This document shows, piece after piece, positions 57,575-64,000 of a stretch of DNA of 64,000 nucleotides (the first letter of the stretch is position 1; each line of letters opens with the position of its first letter). Origin of the DNA: Promethearchaeota archaeon (GTDB lineage: Archaea > Asgardarchaeota > Lokiarchaeia > Sigyniarchaeales > SOKP01); assembly GCA_019058445.1 (NCBI GenBank), contig JAHPZA010000006.1, forward strand, positions 896,001 through 960,000. The letters run 5' to 3'. The notes under the pieces are model-generated. The model did no database searches. It was not told the DNA's origin and saw nothing but the letters and a program-made list of their open reading frames with translations. The position numbers were made by a program, and so were the translations under genes.

Positions 57575-57921
57575 GCCCAAGTTGTGAGAAAAATACGCTT
57601 ACAAAGCGAGAAGATTTTAGTTTTTTATTAGCATTTCTTTTGGCGTTTACAGGACTTGGACTGGTAATTTATATTTTATATCATATAGATAAGAAAAAAG
57701 ACCGTTGTATTTATTGTGAAACAAAATGTTTACCAAAACAACTGAACGATCATAAAAATACTACAACTTCCCATATACAAAATATATCTGCTAATAATTC
57801 ACTTGAATTTATACCAAAAGAACTCGAAAAAACCAAAATTAATTTTTGTCATAATTGTGGGGTAGAAATTGATCGAGAGGGAATGAACTACTGTGCTTTA
57901 TGCGGTAGTAGCATAGATTAA
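57559..57921 (+). CDS. LITAF-like membrane zinc-ribbon protein (paralog)
   Basis: CPSC - hydrophobic segment - CIYC, then CHNC...CALC; GGAGGT RBS at 57547. Confidence 0.78.
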   Translation: MSMMYCPSCEKNTLTKREDFSFLLAFLLAFTGLGLVIYILYHIDKKKDRCIYCETKCLPKQLNDHKNTTTSHIQNISANNSLEFIPKELEKTKINFCHNCGVEIDREGMNYCALCGSSID

Positions 57922-58125
57922 TCTTTTTTTTACTCTTTTTTTTTAAATTTTTTTTTTTAGCTTTAAAATTACTTCTAATATCGTAAGCTTGTTTTATAGA
58001 AAAGGAAAGCTAAATTCAAAATCAATAAAAAATGGACTCCGATTCTCATATATTATACCTTTCGCTATAAGTATTAAACATAAGTTATTATTTTATTCAA
58101 AAAAAAAATAAAGAGTGTTTTAAAA

Positions 58126-58734
58126 ATGAGTCAAGGAGTTATAACAAATTATAAAAATGAGGTAATAAGCCAAAATCAAGCGAAACCCCCTGTACAACTA
58201 AATGGTTTTGCAAAACTATTTTCACGTATCCCGACTACTCTTCATGCATTTTTATATTTCTCAGTTATGGGTCTATTAACATTAATTTGGGCTCTCAGAG
58301 TAAGTAGAACTGGATTAAGATTTTTTTGGCCCATGTTCCCAATGTTCGGTTGGGGCTTTGCATGTGGGTGGCATATCGTATTATATTTTTCTTATAATAA
58401 TAAAATCCAATTCCTTTCGAAAATCAGAGAACGACCTTATTTTGGTGCGTTTTTCATTACTCATGCTTGGTTTTATATCTCAGTAAGTAGCTTTCTGATT
58501 GTAATCAATGTATTATTTAGTCGGTTTCCTTGGAGCGCATTTGCCATAATTGGATGGGGTATAGCCTTTGGCTTTCATTTAATTATCGCTTCCTTAATGG
58601 AACCTCAAAATAAACCACAAGTAAAACCAATCCAAACAGAAGAAGTTCATTATTGTTCTAAATGTGGAGCAAATTTCACAGATAGACCTGATGTTAACTT
58701 TTGCGCGTTATGTGGTAACAAATTAGATGAATAA
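58126..58734 (+). CDS. Protein with two 2TM-like repeats and a C-terminal zinc ribbon
   Basis: Repeated H...W..F....GWG....H hairpins followed by CSKC...CALC. Confidence 0.78.
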   Translation: MSQGVITNYKNEVISQNQAKPPVQLNGFAKLFSRIPTTLHAFLYFSVMGLLTLIWALRVSRTGLRFFWPMFPMFGWGFACGWHIVLYFSYNNKIQFLSKIRERPYFGAFFITHAWFYISVSSFLIVINVLFSRFPWSAFAIIGWGIAFGFHLIIASLMEPQNKPQVKPIQTEEVHYCSKCGANFTDRPDVNFCALCGNKLDE

Positions 58735-58846
58735 GTTAAATTTTACTATTTTTTTCTTTATTTTTTGCTAATTTTTCCCGACTTGAGATTTTCCTAATTA
58801 TGGAAATAAAATTTAAGATTTTCAAAAAGGTTCTTATCCTATAGGC

Positions 58847-59133
58847 TCAAATAGACAAAGATCGGACTCTAAATTATTCTAATAGTACTGTTTCTAATTT
58901 TAAATTAAAGATGATCTTAGAAAAGAATAAGAAAATTTGGAGGTAAAATAATGTCAATGATGTATTTTGGCTTTCATGTAATTATTGCTTCTTTAATGGA
59001 ACCTCAAAATAAGCCAGAAGTAAAACCAATTCAAACAGAGGAAGTTCATTATTGTTCTAAATGTAGGGCAAATTTCACAGATAAACCTGATATTAACTTT
59101 TGCGCGTTATGTGGTAACAAATTAGATGAATAA
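58847..59133 (+). repeat. Composite repeat: copy of 57455-57574 fused to copy of 58567-58734
   Basis: 117/120 nt identity for the first part and 157/168 nt for the second; in-frame junction at ~58966. Confidence 0.93.
58951..59133 (+). CDS. Chimeric 60-aa zinc-ribbon protein (new gene or relic)
   Basis: MSMMY from the 57559 gene joined to FGFH...NKLDE from the 58126 gene; RBS and all four Cys intact. Confidence 0.65.
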   Translation: MSMMYFGFHVIIASLMEPQNKPEVKPIQTEEVHYCSKCRANFTDKPDINFCALCGNKLDE

Positions 59134-59178
59134 TTTACGTTATTTTATTTTTTTCTTTTCTTTCTTCTAACCTTTATA

Positions 59179-60381
59179 TTACTTTAGATTTTCTTTTATT
59201 ATTTTTAGGATGGTAGATTCAACAGGAGTACACCCTTTAATGAAGATACCGTGTTTGTGGTGTTCATATGTACAATTTCCAATGAGATATGTATCTGAAT
59301 AAAGGTCTGATTGCTTTATACCTCTACCTATTGCGAGATTTAAGGGTTTTTCAGGGGTAAAATGCTCATCTATAAAATCTTTATTATGTTTTAATAAATT
59401 GAATATTGTAGATAAACAAGCTGAACATGACTCAACATCTATCAGATTTACATTTTTATATTTTATAGTTATGGAAGTAGGTGGAGGCTCCAATGGTTTT
59501 ATAAATTGTTGGATCTTTTCAGGAGTTGTGGTAATATCTTCTAAACTTTTTGGTGATTGAGGAAGTAGTTCAGATATAAGCTTTAAATGTGGGACATCTT
59601 TTAATGACCAATTTGGTTGAGATATAGCGAGAGCAATAATATCAGCAGCTAAATAATTCGTTGAAGCTATGATTGTATCTAATTTCACACAAGTTCCCGA
59701 AGAAGGGCCCATTCCTTCTAAAGCATACGACGCATCTATAACACAGAGATCAGGTTTGAATATATGTGAAAGATCTGCTATTGCGATATCTAATTCCTTA
59801 ACTTTTTCCATAGTTTTTTTTAAATTTTCAATTAACTCTGGTGAATGAAAATGGTGAAGTTTAATTTTATTCCTTTTGTAAATTAGGCCTTTCATATTCT
59901 TGAAACTTAAAGATGCACCTGTGTGCATATGCATTTTTAATACAGGAATAGAAATGATATAATCAAAATCATTCCAATAACCGGTAACTTTTATTTTTTT
60001 GAGAATTTTTCCTTGAGGGATATCTAATTCAAGAGGAGCAGGATCGTCCAAATCTAAGAATTTAATTCCTTCACTTTTCAATAAATCAGAAAAACCAGAT
60101 TGTTCAAAAGCTTTTCTTGTATCTGTATTAATGATAGGGGAATCACCGATCCAGAAGTTTGCGTTATATTTTTCTTTTAAATATTCAAAAACTGCCTCAA
60201 CCACTTCAGGATTAGTATTTATTCCCAATTTTGGGTCTTCTTCTCGACCAACATTTGGTTTTAGTAATATTGATTTTCCTGTGAGATCGGGGATTTCAAG
60301 TTGATCAAGACAATTGTTAACTGCAGAAGAAATTTCCTCGTTTTTAGCTATTGAAACGATAGGTTTTTTACTCAAATCCAT
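59179..60381 (-). CDS. DUF362 domain Fe-S protein
   Basis: LLKPN, T.PEVV, PVLKMH, SFKNMKG, EGMGP, CSAC and GCTP motifs; 1-nt overlap with aroE. Confidence 0.85.
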   Translation of the reverse strand: MDLSKKPIVSIAKNEEISSAVNNCLDQLEIPDLTGKSILLKPNVGREEDPKLGINTNPEVVEAVFEYLKEKYNANFWIGDSPIINTDTRKAFEQSGFSDLLKSEGIKFLDLDDPAPLELDIPQGKILKKIKVTGYWNDFDYIISIPVLKMHMHTGASLSFKNMKGLIYKRNKIKLHHFHSPELIENLKKTMEKVKELDIAIADLSHIFKPDLCVIDASYALEGMGPSSGTCVKLDTIIASTNYLAADIIALAISQPNWSLKDVPHLKLISELLPQSPKSLEDITTTPEKIQQFIKPLEPPPTSITIKYKNVNLIDVESCSACLSTIFNLLKHNKDFIDEHFTPEKPLNLAIGRGIKQSDLYSDTYLIGNCTYEHHKHGIFIKGCTPVESTILKIIKENLK

Positions 60382-61250
60382 TACTTGATACCAAGAAATT
60401 CAATTATTTTATTTTTCATTAATTTACTATTAGGTGTTTTTCCCGTAAACCATTCAAAAGCAATGACTCCTTGGTTAACTAACATATCTAAACCACCTAA
60501 AGTTTTACAACCAACCTCTGCTGCCTCTTTCATCAATTTGGTTTCCATTGGGTTGTATATTACGTCAAAAACAAACAGCTCATCGTGTAATAAATCTTTT
60601 GATATAGGGCTTGCATCAATATGAGGATCCATCCCTATGGGAGTAGCATTAATTAAAATATCAGTTTTTCTGATCAGGTTCGAAATGTTTTTTTCGCTTG
60701 CCAATTCCCCCTCAATATTGGCATCCATATTCTTTTTAATTTCACTTGCGATTGTGACAGCTCTTTCTTTAACGATATCGGTTAATACAATTTTTTTCGC
60801 TTCTTCCGAGAAAAGATAGGCTATGGATCTTGCTACGCCTCCTGAACCTAAAAATAAAATATTTTTACCTTCAATCGAGCATCCAGCGTCCAATAAAGAT
60901 TTCTTAGCTCCTGGAGCATCAGTATTTGTTGCCTTTAAGTATCCTCCTTCATTTTTAACAGTATTAATTGCTCCCATTTTTTCAGCAATAGGATCAATTT
61001 GATCAAGAAATTTTATAATACTATTTTTATGAGGGATTGTTACATTCGCTCCTCTAATACCAAGAAATCGCAATGCATCTACTGCGTTTTCTAAATTATC
61101 GGGATGTACATCAAATGCCACATATACGTAATCCAAACCTAATTCTTGTAATGCGGGATTCCACATCGTAGGAGACATGGAATGTTCAACAGGATGTCCT
61201 ATTATACAGAATATTTTCGTATGCCCAGTTAAAATATACTTTTCAGTCAT
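60381..61250 (-). CDS. aroE: Shikimate dehydrogenase
   Basis: GHPVEHSMSP, NVTIPHK, GAINT, NTD, NATPIGM, DVIYNP and GLDMLVNQG motifs. Confidence 0.94.
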   Translation of the reverse strand: MTEKYILTGHTKIFCIIGHPVEHSMSPTMWNPALQELGLDYVYVAFDVHPDNLENAVDALRFLGIRGANVTIPHKNSIIKFLDQIDPIAEKMGAINTVKNEGGYLKATNTDAPGAKKSLLDAGCSIEGKNILFLGSGGVARSIAYLFSEEAKKIVLTDIVKERAVTIASEIKKNMDANIEGELASEKNISNLIRKTDILINATPIGMDPHIDASPISKDLLHDELFVFDVIYNPMETKLMKEAAEVGCKTLGGLDMLVNQGVIAFEWFTGKTPNSKLMKNKIIEFLGIK

Positions 61251-61375
61251 AAAAATTCAAAACAATATTGGTTTTATTATAGTGAAAATCTAAAGTTTAT
61301 AAAATGTTTCAAAATTAAAATAATTTATAATAGTAACCTTAGTTGGAAAGGGAAATTGAAAGAGAGTCTTCTTAT

Positions 61376-61912
61376 ATGACAAAAGATTCTATTGCTCTTA
61401 TTGGATTTATGGCTACGGGGAAAACATCTATAGGTAAGGCATTGGCTGATAAACTTGGAAATAATTATAATTTTATTGAAACAGATCAATTTATTATTGA
61501 AGACGCTAAAAAATCAATCCCAGAGATTTTTTCTGAAGATGGAGAGATTAGTTTTCGAGAATATGAGATTGCAGCGTGTAAAAAAGCATCAAAACTTAAC
61601 AATGTTGTAATTTCTTGTGGTGGTGGTGTGGTATTAAATAAAATAAATATTGATTATTTAAAGCAAAATAGTCATATTGTATTACTTCAAGCTACAGCTG
61701 AAGAAATATATAAAAGAGCAATGAAAGATGGTCAAGAAACTCGACCTGTGATTGATAAAGAAGATCCAAAAGCAGAAATTGAAAAAGTCTTAGTTTTCAG
61801 AAAACCATTTTATGAAGCAGCAGCTGAAATAATAATAGACACGACGGGAAGAGATCTCGAAGAAATTGTTGAAGAGATCATACGAAAAACAAAGATACGA
61901 AGTGGAGATTAA
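61376..61912 (+). CDS. aroK: Shikimate kinase, P-loop (AroK/AroL) type
   Basis: LIGFMATGKTSIG, IPEIF...GE..FR, SCGGGVV, RP and R.PFY. ATG 61376 (track TTG 61343). Confidence 0.9.
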   Translation: MTKDSIALIGFMATGKTSIGKALADKLGNNYNFIETDQFIIEDAKKSIPEIFSEDGEISFREYEIAACKKASKLNNVVISCGGGVVLNKINIDYLKQNSHIVLLQATAEEIYKRAMKDGQETRPVIDKEDPKAEIEKVLVFRKPFYEAAAEIIIDTTGRDLEEIVEEIIRKTKIRSGD

Positions 61913-61915
61913 AAA

Positions 61916-62761
61916 TTGACTCTTGCTAATGAATTTATTGAAGTAATCCACCAAATTCCTGATACAATTGATATCCCTCTAATTCAAGAAATTTATATTC
62001 CCTGTCAAGATAAAAAAAAGAGGGATCCTCAAAAATCGAATTTTGGAGCAATAAAATTAGAAGATGGTACAGTGGGAGTTGTATATATTAGTTTATCACC
62101 AAATATAAAAGAAATTGGAGAAAACACAGATTTAACTAAATTTAAAGGGATGAGTCCATTAGATCTTGCTAAAGAGTTCACATCTTCAGAGAGTTTTCAA
62201 AAGACATTAGGATTCGGAGCAATTAATACGATAAGTCAATATATTTTTCAAAAATCAAACTTTTCTTTAGATTTTACCACTGATTCTCTTGGTTTGCTAC
62301 AATTAAACCATACAGATAATCCGGGAATGGTCGGATTTTTTCCACCATTAGTAGCTCAAATAAAAAAAATGGGACTTAAACTTACCGTTATTGAAAAAAA
62401 AGCTAAATTAGTACAAAAAACTAATAATTGGGAAGTAACATTGGATCCCGCTCGATTAGAAACATGTAATAAGGTTTTGATTACAAGTACTACAATCCTT
62501 AATGAATCTATAGATGAAATTTTAAGATTTTGTTCCAATGCTGAAAAAATTTCGATTATAGGTCCTACTGGAGGATTTTTTCCTGATCCACTCTTTTCAA
62601 GAGGAGTCAATATTGTTGGAGGAACCTATATACATAATTCAAATCTATTTATGGAGCTTATTTCAAAAAATGAGCGCTGGGGGCCATCAACCAGAAAATA
62701 TTGTATTCAAAAAAGTAATTATCCGGGAATAACTACCTTATTGAATCGCATAAAAAAATAG
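61916..62761 (+). CDS. DUF364 (Rossmann-like, putative metal-related) protein
   Basis: GAIN..SQ, MVGFFPPL, IE, ITSTTILN.SID and IGPT motifs. Confidence 0.8.
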   Translation: MTLANEFIEVIHQIPDTIDIPLIQEIYIPCQDKKKRDPQKSNFGAIKLEDGTVGVVYISLSPNIKEIGENTDLTKFKGMSPLDLAKEFTSSESFQKTLGFGAINTISQYIFQKSNFSLDFTTDSLGLLQLNHTDNPGMVGFFPPLVAQIKKMGLKLTVIEKKAKLVQKTNNWEVTLDPARLETCNKVLITSTTILNESIDEILRFCSNAEKISIIGPTGGFFPDPLFSRGVNIVGGTYIHNSNLFMELISKNERWGPSTRKYCIQKSNYPGITTLLNRIKK

Positions 62762-62899
62762 AATTGAATTGTGAATTGTTTGCTTCTTTTCAATTGTTTG
62801 AGAAATTAACACAAACAGTACAAATAAAACCTAAATTTAAATTTATCAAAACTATTTTGGTTTTAACAATAAGAATGTATTTTTAAGATTTTTAAAACC

Positions 62900-63070
62900 A
62901 TGTCAGACTATAAACGAATAAAATGCCCAGAATGTGGAAATGAAAATCCGCGTAAGCTACATGAAGAAAATGATAAAAATGAAGTATTATATTTCTCTAT
63001 GCAGGGAACTCCTGTATATAAGAAGATAATAAAATGTGGAGATTGCGGATATACTTTCAAGAAAGACTAA
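62900..63070 (+). CDS. 56-aa zinc-ribbon microprotein (not in ORF track)
   Basis: MSDYKRIKCPECGNENPRKLHEENDKNEVLYFSMQGTPVYKKIIKCGDCGYTFKKD; two CxxC knuckles and a T-rich downstream region. Confidence 0.8.
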   Translation: MSDYKRIKCPECGNENPRKLHEENDKNEVLYFSMQGTPVYKKIIKCGDCGYTFKKD

Positions 63071-63255
63071 GAGACAATTAAAATACTTTTTTACGAATCT
63101 ACTGAGTTTCTAAAAAAATATTTTTTTTATGTTTTTTCTTTTGCTCATTTTAGGAACACTTATATTTAGATTTCATATTTCAGCATAAATTCAACTAATT
63201 CTTCATGTTGTCTTAAAAAGTTATTTATAATAATTGTAGGACTTATAAGAACTAA

Positions 63256-64000
63256 TTATAGAGATAAAATAATTTTATTTTGTGCTTTTAGCATATCTTC
63301 CATAATCAATTCAAACGCCTCTTTAATATCAGGAATATTTTTTCCTTCCGCGGGAAGACTCCTTTTTGCATTGACACTTGCCATTAATACTTCATTTAAT
63401 CCACGAAGAATCATATCTGGACTGTACCAAGGACGTTTGGAAGCCCACCACTGCTGACAAGAATGAATCCCACGATCAAGTAAGTTACGGGCATTATCAA
63501 AAATAGATTTTTTCTCTTGGTTCATACAGTCCCGATATTTCGCAGATAAGTGTATAAGTGTAAGGGCATACATAAAAAATCGGTGTTGCTCGATGTGAAT
63601 TTCGTTATTGGGATCAAACCAAAGGGGAAAAGGGACGTCATGAAGCAGATCAGTATGCATTGTAGACCAGCTGGAGGCTCTAGGATTCTGTACATCTCCT
63701 AAGGGAAATTTATCGATGATTTCTGAAATGGTGCAAATTTTTACATCACCTCGACTAGGAAGAGCATCAAATAAAGGAATAAGAAAATTTGTTATGGCAT
63801 GCTTGACATGGTGACCATAGGTTTCCCCATCCATCGCCAAAATTACGTAATAGTCATCGGAAGTATGCTTATAATATAAGCGCTCGATAAAAGTATCAAC
63901 CGTATTGATTTTATCAAACGCACAGTCAATAGAGATGTAATCATCCCGGAAGAGTAATTTTAATCCATTAGGATGATGTGATATGAAAGTTGTAGGAAAC
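63256..64000 (-). CDS. GH57-family glycoside hydrolase, C-terminal part (5'-truncated by window edge)
   Basis: Frame is open to the window end (LLFRDD..S..., VILAMDGETYGHH); SSW and HSCQQWW match GH57-type motifs. Confidence 0.82.
   Translation of the reverse strand, partial: FPTTFISHHPNGLKLLFRDDYISIDCAFDKINTVDTFIERLYYKHTSDDYYVILAMDGETYGHHVKHAITNFLIPLFDALPSRGDVKICTISEIIDKFPLGDVQNPRASSWSTMHTDLLHDVPFPLWFDPNNEIHIEQHRFFMYALTLIHLSAKYRDCMNQEKKSIFDNARNLLDRGIHSCQQWWASKRPWYSPDMILRGLNEVLMASVNAKRSLPAEGKNIPDIKEAFELIMEDMLKAQNKIILSL

Noticed and set aside
58567-59133. Diversity-generating retroelement template/variable repeat pair
   Set aside because: Mismatches are not adenine-specific (several C/T, one T/G, one C/G) and no reverse transcriptase is present; an ordinary duplication explains it.
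682-62610. Short ORFs overlapping longer genes on the opposite strand or in other frames (e.g. 682, 5344, 7845, 12069, 23072, 25120, 25578, 39718, 40022, 49315, 52000, 62356)
   Set aside because: They are shadow ORFs of well-supported genes with no recognisable motifs.
1-64000. tRNA, rRNA, CRISPR array or IS element
   Set aside because: I saw no GC-rich structured RNA-like segment, no regularly spaced repeats and no transposase; a covariance-model scan would be needed to exclude small ncRNAs.

Overview
AT-rich, gene-dense archaeal chromosome segment, most consistent with an Asgard archaeon of the Lokiarchaeia/Promethearchaeota type. This is an inference from the archaeal-type uS2, LeuC/LeuD and TrmB, the GGAGGT/GGTGA ribosome-binding sites, and the many paralogous MFS, GNAT, membrane M28 and zinc-ribbon proteins. 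The first ~27 kb is a carbohydrate uptake and catabolism region: a Thr-type sulfatase-like enzyme, 3 Gfo/Idh/MocA oxidoreductases, 5 MFS sugar transporters, a GH94-like phosphorylase, an FGGY kinase, an IlvD/Edd dehydratase and a GH130. Embedded in it is a small soluble protein coupled to a putative 7-TM membrane protein that probably starts at an ATA codon. At 27.6-34 kb a 707-aa zinc-ribbon protein with two tandem HTH-HNH nuclease modules lies between two membrane M28 peptidase paralogs, next to an N6-adenine DNA methyltransferase. The rest holds Fe-S, flavin, TPP and radical-SAM enzymes, a 6-TM methyl-accepting protein, and housekeeping genes (rps2, leuC/leuD-like, tmk, aroE, aroK). It also holds a cluster of LITAF-like and zinc-ribbon membrane proteins with a visibly chimeric new gene, several microproteins missing from the ORF track, and a partial GH57. 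I saw no tRNA, rRNA, CRISPR array or transposase. All family calls come from motif recognition by eye, not from database searches.
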